From: an uncultured Gammaproteobacteria bacterium | GTDB taxonomy: Bacteria > Patescibacteriota > Microgenomatia > CAYQLK01 | Length of the DNA stretch: 64,000 nucleotides | Assembly: GCA_964404855.1 (NCBI GenBank) | Contig: CAYOLO010000001.1 | Coordinates: 297,322-361,321, forward strand | Direction: 5' to 3' | Shown: in pieces, positions 36,700 to 47,063 of the stretch | Layout: the number at the start of each line of letters is the position of its first letter | How positions within the stretch are numbered: position 1 is the first letter of the stretch | Position numbers and translations under genes: made by a program | Notes under the pieces: model-generated | What the model saw: only the letters and a program-made list of their open reading frames with translations | The model's database searches: none | Told to the model about the DNA's origin: nothing

Positions 36700-38988
36700 C
36701 TAATTGGTTGGTTCGGCGGAGTTGGTTGCGGTTGGAGGAGTTGGGGATGGGTTTAGAATAACTGGAGTTTGTTCTGATTTTTCTTGTTGAGATTGACTCT
36801 CTGCTAATGCTTTTTCCCATTCTTTTGTTAAATCTGCTCTACTCGGATTGTCGGTTGGGAGAAGATTGAGGGCTGTTTCGAGTGCCGTGGCTCTTTTGGT
36901 GGCGGAATCAGGTCTGTTTTTGAGCGCTTCAGCCAGGGCAATATATCCGACAGGGTAGTCGGGTTTTTTCTGAATTGCGACTTCAAAATTAGTTATGGCT
37001 GAGTCTGTAACACCAAGTGTTAAAAACGTTCTGCCTAGGTTGATGTAGAGAAGTGGGTTCTGAGGGTCAAGGGCGAGGGCTTGTTGTTGAGCTTTGAGAG
37101 CGTGTTGTTCAGCGTCTTTGCCTATACCGATTAGTGAACGGTAGACTTGTGAAAGCGTTTCCCAATTACCAACATTAAGATTGGATGTGCCTGATTGAAT
37201 ATTGGTTTGATAGCCTGTGATTATTTTGCCTTGCTCGATAGCCTGACTAATTAGCGAAGTAATGTCTTTTTCTTCTTGTTCGGTTAGAGGCGATTCGGTG
37301 CTATTAGGATCGGCGTTAGCTTGTGCATTTTGGAGAATTGATCTGGCTAGAGCCATATAAGTAACGATAAGTTGTTTGCGATAGACACTTTCTGCGCCAT
37401 TTTCTTTGATGGCGGCAATTTGTTCATTAAGAGCTTCGACTCCATCACTTTTTGAGGTTGCCAGTGCGCTTTTTTGGAAATGGGTTTCAGCTTGGAACGA
37501 GTCTCTGTAGAAGAAAAATAGAAAGATTGAGCCAACCAGTGTAGGGATTAGTAACAAAATTGGAATTACCATTGATAGCTCTTCTTTGACACGCTGGGAT
37601 TGCTTTTTGGATTTTTTGAGACTTAGTTCAGATTTAGTGGAACTTGAGTTGTTGATGGCACCTAGTAATCCAAAGAAAATTAGCAAAACGCTTGCGGTAT
37701 AAATATTAGCAAGGCTTGTAATTATTAGAATAAGGACAGTTAGGGTGATGTATTTGTAAATAAGTTTGTCTTCGGAATTATTTTTCAGGATTTTTATTGT
37801 TTTGGTAAGAATAATTAAAACAATTAGGATAAAGGAAGCTATGCCGAGTATGCCGGTACCAGCAAGAATCATAAGCACTTCTGAGTTGGGTTGATCGAAA
37901 CGAAGATTCCAGAACTGAGTTAGGTTAATTGATTGGGGTTTTAGCTGAGTATAAGCATAAGCAAAGGTGCCTTGTCCTGAGCCGATTAGGGCTCGGTTTT
38001 GGTTACGGATAACACCGACGCTGACAGAATAGCTTTCGGCTTGGGGCAGTGTAACTTCCTTGGGGAATTCGACATTTGAATTGGTTTGTTTGTCAGAAGT
38101 TTTAATTAGCTTGCCGTAAGTTGAAGTGTTGAGGTTAGGAATGTAGGCAAATATTGTCAAAAACAGCCAAACGAGTGCTACAAGTGCTAGTATTAGTGAT
38201 TTTTTGACTGCTAATTCTTTACGACTGGTGAGGGCTAGTAAGGCAAAAATTACAATCAGACTTATCCATCCACTAAGGGAGTTGATTAACGAGAAACACC
38301 ACAAAATTGGTAATAGTGAGATTGGAAAAACGAACGATAGGAATGATTTGCTGGGTGAATATTTTTTGATTGATAGGTAGATACCTAGAGGAACCGATAA
38401 AGTAAGGATTACTCCCAGATTATTAATGCTTGTTGCAGGCGTCCATGATCTAATTTGGCTAAAACTCATTGGCAGAAATAATCCAAAATAGTTCATTAGT
38501 CCAATTATGGAGAGTAAGACTGAAGAGAGGTAAATTGACAAAACTGTGAATTTTGTACTTCTTTTGGTTAAGTTATTGGCCGCAACAAAATAAATAACAA
38601 TGACAGCGAGTATAAAAATTAGTGAATGGTTAAATCTTGGATACCATCCAGCGATTGAAACATAGCGATCAACAGAGAACGATGCGGCCAAAATATTAGT
38701 AAACGCGAAGATAATAACTGCAATATCAACAATTGATGTTCTTATTTTGAATTTTCCTAGAAGAGCTGATTTGGTAAACCAAAGTATTAACAGAACGGCG
38801 GCGGACAATGAGGTGAGTAAGACTTTGTTAAATTCGTAATACTCACTGGTGAGGGGAATAAAGAAAAGCGGTACTAGGCCAAATAAAATATTCAGCCAAA
38901 TAATTATTGTTTTGCCAATGAAATTTGCTAGGTCGTTTCTCATGAATTTCGTTATGGCAAATGTAAAGCTTATGGTAGTGCTTGTCAA
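36700..38988 (-). CDS. polytopic membrane protein (>=10 TM) with C-terminal TPR repeats, possibly an O-antigen-ligase/Wzy-like envelope glycosylation or polymerase protein
   Basis: Many hydrophobic helices in the first 480 aa. TPR-like repeats are present (AIQKKPDYPVGYIALAEALKN, LDPQNPLLYINLGRTF). The functional family is inferred only. Confidence 0.5.
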   Translation of the reverse strand: MTSTTISFTFAITKFMRNDLANFIGKTIIIWLNILFGLVPLFFIPLTSEYYEFNKVLLTSLSAAVLLILWFTKSALLGKFKIRTSIVDIAVIIFAFTNILAASFSVDRYVSIAGWYPRFNHSLIFILAVIVIYFVAANNLTKRSTKFTVLSIYLSSVLLSIIGLMNYFGLFLPMSFSQIRSWTPATSINNLGVILTLSVPLGIYLSIKKYSPSKSFLSFVFPISLLPILWCFSLINSLSGWISLIVIFALLALTSRKELAVKKSLILALVALVWLFLTIFAYIPNLNTSTYGKLIKTSDKQTNSNVEFPKEVTLPQAESYSVSVGVIRNQNRALIGSGQGTFAYAYTQLKPQSINLTQFWNLRFDQPNSEVLMILAGTGILGIASFILIVLIILTKTIKILKNNSEDKLIYKYITLTVLILIITSLANIYTASVLLIFFGLLGAINNSSSTKSELSLKKSKKQSQRVKEELSMVIPILLLIPTLVGSIFLFFFYRDSFQAETHFQKSALATSKSDGVEALNEQIAAIKENGAESVYRKQLIVTYMALARSILQNAQANADPNSTESPLTEQEEKDITSLISQAIEQGKIITGYQTNIQSGTSNLNVGNWETLSQVYRSLIGIGKDAEQHALKAQQQALALDPQNPLLYINLGRTFLTLGVTDSAITNFEVAIQKKPDYPVGYIALAEALKNRPDSATKRATALETALNLLPTDNPSRADLTKEWEKALAESQSQQEKSEQTPVILNPSPTPPTATNSAEPTN

Positions 38989-39719
38989 GCAAAAATAGAT
39001 TCGGTTTTTTGTGAAAAGAACATTATTAATATAGTTTCACGAACCATGGAGTGTAAGGTGTGTGTAAAGTTGGTGGTGATATTTATTGTTAGAAGTCAAC
39101 TATCCAAAATTAATAGTTGTTTAATCATTATTTTGATTATTAAAATTACATGAATTAAAAGTTATATATGATGGGTTTAGGCTGTTGGAATAGGGTGAAT
39201 CATTTAGCTAATATTTTTATCACTAATTAAAAAAGACTGCTAATGGCTGATTTGCGGTAGGATCAAAAATATTACCTTTAGGCTTTTCACTGCGTGATTA
39301 AGATTAAATTTTTAATTTCTTTAGGGTATTAGTAGGGAAATTAATTAATTTTTTCAAACTTATAATTAATATTTTAGTTAAATTTTCTAATGCTTAATTA
39401 TCAATTAAATAGAGTAACTGATATCAAGGCTAATTTTGAAAAGATTAAAATTAGTAATTATTATTCAATTTTTATATTTTATTTAAAAAATCAATGTTTG
39501 AGTAAAAAATTTATACAGATTTTAAAGCTATTTAACGATTTGTTAAAGAATTAACAAAAAAATAATATTTAATAATTGTTACTTTTATATTTAGTTATTT
39601 TATTATAAATATTAGTCAAATATTGATCGTATCTTAATTGTATATTATCAAACTTATAGTACGAATACATGTAATTTATTGTTTGGGGTAGATATGTTAG
39701 AATTTCGGAAATATTTTTT

Positions 39720-42092
39720 ATGATTTTGTCTAAATCAGATATTAAAAAAATTAATGAATTTTGGGAAAAGGAAAATGTTTATTTTTCTGATGTAAATTCT
39801 GATAAAAAAAAGTTTTATATGTTGGATATGTTTCCTTATCCATCAGGTGATGGTTTACATGTAGGGCATGTTAAGGGTTATGTTGGTACTGATATTTATT
39901 CCCGCTATATGAGGATGAGAGGTTATGAAGTTTTACATCCAATGGGTTGGGATGCTTTTGGTTTACCGGCAGAAAATTATGCAATCAAAACTGGAATTAA
40001 TCCAAAAATCACAACTAAAGAAAACATCAAAAATTTTAAAGAGCAATTCAATCTGATTGGCCAATCATTTGACTGGTCTAAAGAAATCAATACAACTGAT
40101 CCAAAATACTACCACTGGACCCAGTGGATATTTTTACAACTATATAAGAGGGGGTTGGCGTATGAAGATTTAACAGAAATTAATTGGTGTCCAAAAGATA
40201 AGACCGGACTAGCTAATGAGGAAGTAGTGAATGGTAAATGTGATAGATGTGGTGAAGAGGTTGAAAAAAGGGAATTAAAACAGTGGATTCTTAAAATTAC
40301 AGAATATGCGGACAAACTTCTTACTGATTTGGATCTATTAGATTGGCCGGAATCCATAAAAACCATGCAGAAGAATTGGATCGGCAGAAGTGATGGGTTT
40401 GAAATACTGTTTGATATATTAAATACCAATAACAGTATAAAAGTATATACTACACGACTTGACACTATATTTGGGGTAAAAGCAATTGTAATTGCTCCTG
40501 ATCATGAGTTTTCACGCAATATTATCAGTGAAAATAAGGATTTGGATGTCATTAAAGATATCAAAAGACTTCAGTCGCAAAAAAATGATTTCAAAGCTGA
40601 AAAAGAAGGAGTTTTCACTAACTATTATTGTGAAAACATAGTAAATAAGGAGAAAATACCAGTTTTTGTTTCAAACTATGTTGTATCAGGTTATGGAACA
40701 GGCGCCGTTATGGTGGTACCAGCACATGACGAAAGAGATTTCGAATTTGCTAAAAAAATTAACTTAGAAATAACTAGAGTTATTGATGGAATTGGTGAGT
40801 TGCCATATGTCGATTACGGAACATTAATTAATTCGGGAAAATACACAAATCAGCAGTCTAAAGAGGCGATTGAAAGTATTTTTAATGATTACAAAGATAC
40901 TAATAGAATAACCAAAAAGGTTAATTACAAACTAAGAGATTGGATCTTTTCTCGCCAAAGATATTGGGGTGAGCCAATTCCTTTGGTACACTGCGAAAAA
41001 TGTGGTGTTGTGCCTATTGATGAAGATCAGTTGCCTCTACTTTTACCCGAAACTGATGATTTTTTGCCGACTGATAATGGTAAGTCGCCACTATCTAAGT
41101 TGACAGACTGGAAAAAAACCACTTGTCCAAAATGTGGAGGCGAAGCAGAGCGAGAAACACACACAATGCCACAATGGGCGGGCTCATGTTGGTACTACCT
41201 TAGATATTTAAATCCTGACTATGATAAAGGTCCCTTTGAAAAAACTGTGGCAGATAAGTGGTTGCCGGTAGATTTTTATGTTGGTGGTGCTGAACATGCG
41301 GTTTTACACCTACTGTATGCAAGGTTTTGGCACAAATTTATGTATGACCTTGGGTTATTGTCAACCAAGGAGCCGTTTTTGAAACTCAGAAATGTGGGTA
41401 TGGTTCTGGGTCCTGATGGATTAAAGATGAGTAAATCTAAAGGCAATGTGGTCAACCCCAATGAATACGTTGAAGCTTATGGACCAGATACTGTTCGAGT
41501 ATATGAAATGTTTATGGGGCCGTTTGAAAGTGTCGGAATCTGGAATCCAGAGAGCGTTGAAGGTGTTAATCGGTTTATTAAGAAAGTAAAAAAGTTTTTT
41601 GATAGTGTGATTTGGGAGTCGGAGACTGACAATGAAACATTATCGAGGCTGGCTATTTTAACGGGTGTTGTTGAGCGAGGTATTGAAACAATGAGCTTTA
41701 ACACTGTTGTATCGGCTTATATGGAGTTTTTTAATTACCTATCAGATGGCAATGTAAGACTGACAAAAGATGATGGTGAAAGTTTGGTTAAGATTTTAAG
41801 CCCGTATATGCCATTTTTGTCAGAGAAAATTTGGCTTGAGCTTGGAAATAAAATATCTGTTCATAAGGCTACTTGGCCGATTTTTGATGAAGAATTAAAG
41901 AAAATGAGAGTTTTGGAAATCCCTGTGCAGGTTAATGGTAAGAGAAGGTTTGCAATTCAGGCTGAATCTGGGGCTGATCAAAAAACTATCGAAGGTTTAG
42001 TTAAAAAGACAGAGGAATATAAAAGATACCAACTTGATGGTGCGACAAAGGTGATTTTTGTATTAGACAAAATTATTAACTATATCGTATAG
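39720..42092 (+). CDS. leuS: leucyl-tRNA synthetase
   Basis: The HIGH-class motif appears as HVGHVKGY. The KMSKS motif appears as LKMSKSKGN. Zn-finger CDRCGEEV. Confidence 0.9.
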   Translation: MILSKSDIKKINEFWEKENVYFSDVNSDKKKFYMLDMFPYPSGDGLHVGHVKGYVGTDIYSRYMRMRGYEVLHPMGWDAFGLPAENYAIKTGINPKITTKENIKNFKEQFNLIGQSFDWSKEINTTDPKYYHWTQWIFLQLYKRGLAYEDLTEINWCPKDKTGLANEEVVNGKCDRCGEEVEKRELKQWILKITEYADKLLTDLDLLDWPESIKTMQKNWIGRSDGFEILFDILNTNNSIKVYTTRLDTIFGVKAIVIAPDHEFSRNIISENKDLDVIKDIKRLQSQKNDFKAEKEGVFTNYYCENIVNKEKIPVFVSNYVVSGYGTGAVMVVPAHDERDFEFAKKINLEITRVIDGIGELPYVDYGTLINSGKYTNQQSKEAIESIFNDYKDTNRITKKVNYKLRDWIFSRQRYWGEPIPLVHCEKCGVVPIDEDQLPLLLPETDDFLPTDNGKSPLSKLTDWKKTTCPKCGGEAERETHTMPQWAGSCWYYLRYLNPDYDKGPFEKTVADKWLPVDFYVGGAEHAVLHLLYARFWHKFMYDLGLLSTKEPFLKLRNVGMVLGPDGLKMSKSKGNVVNPNEYVEAYGPDTVRVYEMFMGPFESVGIWNPESVEGVNRFIKKVKKFFDSVIWESETDNETLSRLAILTGVVERGIETMSFNTVVSAYMEFFNYLSDGNVRLTKDDGESLVKILSPYMPFLSEKIWLELGNKISVHKATWPIFDEELKKMRVLEIPVQVNGKRRFAIQAESGADQKTIEGLVKKTEEYKRYQLDGATKVIFVLDKIINYIV

Positions 42093-42114
42093 GTAGCTTA
42101 AGTTTAGTAAAAAA

Positions 42115-42537
42115 GTGGATAGAGACAATTTGTGGTTAAAAACTAGGTTGGAGCATTTGTGGGCAAGATATTTTCCCGATTTGGAAAAATCAAATACTGT
42201 CATGGTTACATTCGGTAGATACGCTAAGTTTCGTTTTGCCTCAATTAAATATCAGCAAAAGTCTATTTTTGTTAAAGGGGTAACCGTGATTACGGTTAGT
42301 TCGATGTTTAAGAGCAAGGAGGTGCCGGAGGAAGTAGTGCTTTATTCGCTGGCTCACGAACTTGCACATTACGCGCACGGTTTCTCATCATCTAAGAGCA
42401 AAAAACATAGACATCCCCATAAGGGTGGGGTGGTTGACAGAGAGATTGAGTCTCGCGGTTTGGGTATTTTGGTTAAATCTTATAAAGATTGGCTTAAAGA
42501 ATATAGACAAATGATTCGAGAAGGTCGGGAAGTCTAA
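42115..42537 (+). CDS. small HExxH metal-dependent hydrolase-like protein (DUF45/YgjP-like, tentative)
   Basis: LYSLAHELAHYAH motif. Confidence 0.4.
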   Translation: MDRDNLWLKTRLEHLWARYFPDLEKSNTVMVTFGRYAKFRFASIKYQQKSIFVKGVTVITVSSMFKSKEVPEEVVLYSLAHELAHYAHGFSSSKSKKHRHPHKGGVVDREIESRGLGILVKSYKDWLKEYRQMIREGREV

Positions 42538-42632
42538 GTTGAAGTAAGAGTTTGATTTTTGAGGCTAACTGGATTAGTCTAGCCTTTGAATAAACAAGTG
42601 TAAGCATAAAATCTGCCTGTAAAAGTAAAAAT

Positions 42633-43820
42633 ATGGGCAAATTTTGGCTTGTGATATTGATTTTGTTACTGATGGCAATGTTTAGGTCAACAGTTTTGGT
42701 TGAACAAAAGTATAGGCACAGTGATTTGGTTATCGATGAGGAGTTGAGAGTAAATAATTACCCAGAATTTTCAAAAAATGTTCAATATTTTGATACTGAC
42801 TATGGAAGGTTGGTAACCGACAGATGGCCAAAGTATGAAAAGGGTGAGATTTTGTTGGTAAAAGGAGACTATTTGGCGGAAAAAGAGGCGATTTGGTTTC
42901 CTGAGGTTAGTTCTAGAGGTAAACCTACAGGAATACAGGGACTATTAAACTCAATAAGAAGTGGTATTTCACATAAAATCAATCATTATTTTGACCATCA
43001 ATCATCGGAATTAATATTGGGAATGCTTATTGGTCAGAATGATTTGACGCCTGATTTATCAGAACAACTTAAGCGTTCAGGTGTTATTCATGTTGTGGTT
43101 GTTTCTGGGCAGAATTTGACAATGATTTTTGCTTTCCTTGCGCTTTGGGGTAGATACACTAGGAGGAAAGTTTTTTTAATAATTTCAATAACCATATTAA
43201 GTGTATATGTGTTTTTGGTAGGAATGGATCCACCTGTGGTTAGAGCATATTTAATGATCTTGGTTGTTGTTTTGGCGGAATTATTAGGTAGAAAATATTC
43301 AAGTGTTCAGGCTTTGGTTCTGACTGCTGGAGTGATGGTGGCGTACAACCCTTTGTATATCGGGGAGGTGTCGTTCAGGTTATCTTTTTTGGCTTCGCTT
43401 GGGGTATTAATAGGAATAAAAGTAACTAGCTTGCTAAATACGGGCCAAAAAGGCTTTTTAAAGTATTTGGTGGAGGTGTATATCACAAGTTTTTTTGCGT
43501 GGCTTATGACTGCGCCAGTGATAATTATAAGCTTTGGATCATTGAGCGTAGTTGCGCCAATAGTAAACTTAGCTGTGTTGTGGTTAGTTCCAATAATTAT
43601 GGTTGGTGGAACAATATTTGTGTTAGTGCCTGATTTTTTTAGCAGTTTTTTCAGTTATTTTTTGCAGATTCTGGTAAATGGTTTTTTGGTTGTAGTAGCT
43701 TGGTTTGCAAAAATTGATATAGATATTTATGAAGCTAACAGTAGTATAAGTTTATATATTGTTATTTTTAGTTATATTTTGATACTCACTTTAATTAAAT
43801 TGTTTTTAAAAATTAAATGA
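42633..43820 (+). CDS. comEC: ComEC/Rec2 competence membrane channel domain protein
   Basis: Competence-domain motif SGVIHVVVVSGQNL and multiple TM helices. Confidence 0.7.
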   Translation: MGKFWLVILILLLMAMFRSTVLVEQKYRHSDLVIDEELRVNNYPEFSKNVQYFDTDYGRLVTDRWPKYEKGEILLVKGDYLAEKEAIWFPEVSSRGKPTGIQGLLNSIRSGISHKINHYFDHQSSELILGMLIGQNDLTPDLSEQLKRSGVIHVVVVSGQNLTMIFAFLALWGRYTRRKVFLIISITILSVYVFLVGMDPPVVRAYLMILVVVLAELLGRKYSSVQALVLTAGVMVAYNPLYIGEVSFRLSFLASLGVLIGIKVTSLLNTGQKGFLKYLVEVYITSFFAWLMTAPVIIISFGSLSVVAPIVNLAVLWLVPIIMVGGTIFVLVPDFFSSFFSYFLQILVNGFLVVVAWFAKIDIDIYEANSSISLYIVIFSYILILTLIKLFLKIK

Positions 43821-44641
43821 AAAATAAGATTTTAGCTTTGATATTCGTAATAGTTAGTGTTTTTGTGATTTTTGTAGGTCAAAAAAGTAATGATTATTTA
43901 CAATTAAATATTTGTGATGTGGGACAGGGTGATGGTGCAGTTATTAAGTCTGTTGGGGGTAGGCTGATAGTAATTGATGGCGGTCCTGATAGAAAAATAC
44001 TCGATTGTGTTGAAGAATTAAGTGTATTCAAAGCTAAAACGATTGATTATATGATCCTTACACATCCACATAAAGACCATGTAGCAGGTCTTGTTGAGCT
44101 TCTGGAAAGATATGATGTGGGTCTAGTTATCATGGCGTATGAAAAGAGCTACGAGAACGATGAATATAATGTTTTTAAGAAAAAACTAGAGGATATAAGT
44201 GTTAATTGGGTTATGTCAGGAGATAGGTATGAGATAGAAGATGGTTTGAGGCTAGAATTCGTTTGGCCTGTATATGGATATAGCGCAAAAAATGTGAATG
44301 ATGAATCTCTGGTTACGAGGATTGTATACAAGGATAGTTGTTTTTTGCTAACTGGGGATGCGGGGTCAGATTTTGAGAAATATTATGCAGAGAATTTTTT
44401 AGATTGTGATGGATTGAAAGTAGGGCATCATGGGAGTAAGTTTGCGACTTCGAAATATTTTTTGGAAGTTGTAAGACCAAGGATTGCAGTTATTTCTTCT
44501 GGCGTTAATACATATGGTCATCCTAGTAGGGAAGTATTGAGCAGGCTTAGTGAGAGCGGAGCTAAGATATTTAGGACCGATGAGGGTACAGTAAAAATTG
44601 TCTCAAGCGGTTTGGGATGGTATATTGCAGACACAAAATAA
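43817..44641 (+). CDS. metallo-beta-lactamase fold protein (ComEC C-terminal domain encoded separately)
   Basis: ILTHPHKDHVAGL (HxHxDH) motif. The 4-bp overlap with the upstream comEC gene suggests translational coupling. Confidence 0.7.
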   Translation: MKNKILALIFVIVSVFVIFVGQKSNDYLQLNICDVGQGDGAVIKSVGGRLIVIDGGPDRKILDCVEELSVFKAKTIDYMILTHPHKDHVAGLVELLERYDVGLVIMAYEKSYENDEYNVFKKKLEDISVNWVMSGDRYEIEDGLRLEFVWPVYGYSAKNVNDESLVTRIVYKDSCFLLTGDAGSDFEKYYAENFLDCDGLKVGHHGSKFATSKYFLEVVRPRIAVISSGVNTYGHPSREVLSRLSESGAKIFRTDEGTVKIVSSGLGWYIADTK

Positions 44642-44647
44642 CTATAA

Positions 44648-46231
44648 ATGATTAAAGATAGAATTTTAGAAGAATTTGTAAGAGTCTTAGCTAAACATGG
44701 TCTGCCTAATGAGAATATTGAGATTATTTCAACAAATATAAAAGGCAGGGGTCATTTTAGTACCAATTACGCTCTAATAAATGGTTTTAGTGAAGAGAGT
44801 AAAAAGCTTCTGGAAGAGAAGGTTGTTGTGGAATTAAATAGTGAATCAGGAAAAACTGAAAATCCCTTTTTTGAAAAAGTTGAATATATTAAGCCTGGAT
44901 TTGTGAATTTTACGATGGGTATTGTTCCTCTAACACAAGAGTTTGCAGTTATTCAGAAGGAAAAATCAGACTACGGGAAAGTTGATATTGGCGGCGGGAA
45001 AAATGCGGTAATTGAGATTGTTTCCGCTAATCCTACGGGTCCAATACATTTAGGTAACGCTCGTGGTGGTCCAATTGGAGATGTGATTGCCAGTTTGTTT
45101 GACTACTACGGATACAAAGTGACTCGGGAGTTTTATCTTAATAATGTAGGTGGTCAGGTAAAAAAGTTTAAAGACTCAATAAAGGCGATTTATGCTGGTA
45201 CTGGTGAGGGTGAGTATAGTGGGGAATTTTATGAGACTTTAGCAAAAACAGTATCTGGAGACAGTGAAAAAGCATTCGAGGATGTGATCGTATCAATAAA
45301 AAATGATTTGGCTGAACTTGGGGTTGTTTATGATAATTGGGTAACTGAATCGTCGGTAAAGGAAGGAAAAACCCAAACAATTATTACTTATTTGAAGGAT
45401 AAGGGATTAACCAAGGAGAAGGATGGTGCGTTGTGGTTTGCTCCCAGTGATGAGTTTTTGGAAGATAGAGAATGTGTACTGATTAAAAGCGATGGGAGTA
45501 ATACTCCGACATATTTTGCAAATGATATTGCATATCATAAAGATAAGTACGAGCGTGGTTACGAAAATATAGTAAATATTTGGGGAGCTAATCATCATGG
45601 TCACGTGCCAAGAATTAAGGCTGCTGTTAAGGCTCTTGGATTTGATGAATCTAAGCTGGAAGTCGTTTTGTACCAGTGGGTTTCTTTGATTGAAAACGGG
45701 AAGAAAAAATCGATGTCGAAGCGTAAGGGGGATTTTGTTACTCTTCGTGAAGTATTGGATGCGGTTGGAAAAGATGCGATTAGGTTTGCTTTTTTAAGTA
45801 GAGACTACAACACACCAATCGATATTGATTTGGACATATTGGTAAAAAAAGATAAAGAAAACCCCTTGTATTACATACAGTATGTAGCCGCGAGGGTAAA
45901 TAGTATTTTGGCAAAAGATAAGGAAAAGGTGGCTAATTCAGAAGTTTCTGATTTGAAGCTAGAGAAGGAAATGGACTTGATGCTTAAAACTTTGGAATAT
46001 CCAGATGTAGTCAGGACGGCCTTTGAGGAGCGAAAGGTTCACAAGATTGCCTTTTATTTGTATGATTTGGCTGCGATTTTTCATAAATATTATGAAGAAA
46101 CACCGATACTGAAAGACGATGGTGTGGGTATTGGGACAATTAACGCGAGAATTGAGTTAATCAAAGGGGTAAAGCAGATTGTCACAAATGGCTTAATGAT
46201 CTTGGGAATTAATGTTCCCGAGAAGATGTAA
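44648..46231 (+). CDS. argS: arginyl-tRNA synthetase
   Basis: SANPTGPIHLGNARGG (HIGH-like), the KMSKS-like SMSKRKG, and the ArgS anticodon-binding C-terminus. Confidence 0.9.
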   Translation: MIKDRILEEFVRVLAKHGLPNENIEIISTNIKGRGHFSTNYALINGFSEESKKLLEEKVVVELNSESGKTENPFFEKVEYIKPGFVNFTMGIVPLTQEFAVIQKEKSDYGKVDIGGGKNAVIEIVSANPTGPIHLGNARGGPIGDVIASLFDYYGYKVTREFYLNNVGGQVKKFKDSIKAIYAGTGEGEYSGEFYETLAKTVSGDSEKAFEDVIVSIKNDLAELGVVYDNWVTESSVKEGKTQTIITYLKDKGLTKEKDGALWFAPSDEFLEDRECVLIKSDGSNTPTYFANDIAYHKDKYERGYENIVNIWGANHHGHVPRIKAAVKALGFDESKLEVVLYQWVSLIENGKKKSMSKRKGDFVTLREVLDAVGKDAIRFAFLSRDYNTPIDIDLDILVKKDKENPLYYIQYVAARVNSILAKDKEKVANSEVSDLKLEKEMDLMLKTLEYPDVVRTAFEERKVHKIAFYLYDLAAIFHKYYEETPILKDDGVGIGTINARIELIKGVKQIVTNGLMILGINVPEKM

Positions 46232-46250
46232 TTATCAAAATATTTTAAAT

Positions 46251-47063
46251 ATGAAAAAACTATTATTGATAATTATTTTGATTGGACTGACAGTTTGGTC
46301 GATTAGATCTTTTGGGGATGGTGGGGATAGTTCAAAGGTCGAGGGTGAGAGGACGGGTCGGGTTATATATAGCTTTGGATTAGTGAGCGATTCACACTTA
46401 AATAATGATGGACTTGCAAAAGCAATGGAGTTAGCAAAAATTGCCAAAGTAAATAGAGTTTTTGGACTTGGTGATTGGACTGAATATGGGGAAATAGAAA
46501 AATTATCTTTAACAAAAAACATATTTGAGCAAAGCGGGCTGTCTTATGAAGTTTTGCCTGGAGATCATGATTTGGCAAATTCTCGTGATTTGGGGTTATT
46601 AGCTAGAAGTAATTTTGATGCGGTTTTTGGTTTGGAAAATAAATCAATCGTGGAATCAAATATTCAGTTTGTTTTGGTTGATAATTCTGATATCTATTTG
46701 GGAGTTAATGATGAGAATTGGTTTGAAATAAAAAATATATTACTTGCTAGTCCACCCAAGCTGAGATTTGTTTTGGCACACAAGACTCCTTTTAATCCAG
46801 ACACCCAACATATTATGGGAGATGGTAGTGAAGAGGTAACATTTCAGGCAAAGCAGTTCCTGTATTTGTTGGAAACTTCTAAAGTAAATGAGTTATTTAC
46901 TGGCGATTTGCATCATTTTGCCCGCTACTCAAGCCCAAATGATGGTGTTAAAATCACTTCCATTGGCGCACTTAGTACAGAGAAGAACTTTCAAGGGCCG
47001 AATTTTGTAATTGTAAAAGTATTTGAAAACTATTCATATGAAGTCGAAAACATCCAAATCTAA
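46251..47063 (+). CDS. membrane-anchored calcineurin-like metallophosphoesterase
   Basis: N-terminal TM, then GLVSDSHLNNDG, GDWTEYG, PGDHDL and GDLHHF motifs. Confidence 0.6.
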   Translation: MKKLLLIIILIGLTVWSIRSFGDGGDSSKVEGERTGRVIYSFGLVSDSHLNNDGLAKAMELAKIAKVNRVFGLGDWTEYGEIEKLSLTKNIFEQSGLSYEVLPGDHDLANSRDLGLLARSNFDAVFGLENKSIVESNIQFVLVDNSDIYLGVNDENWFEIKNILLASPPKLRFVLAHKTPFNPDTQHIMGDGSEEVTFQAKQFLYLLETSKVNELFTGDLHHFARYSSPNDGVKITSIGALSTEKNFQGPNFVIVKVFENYSYEVENIQI

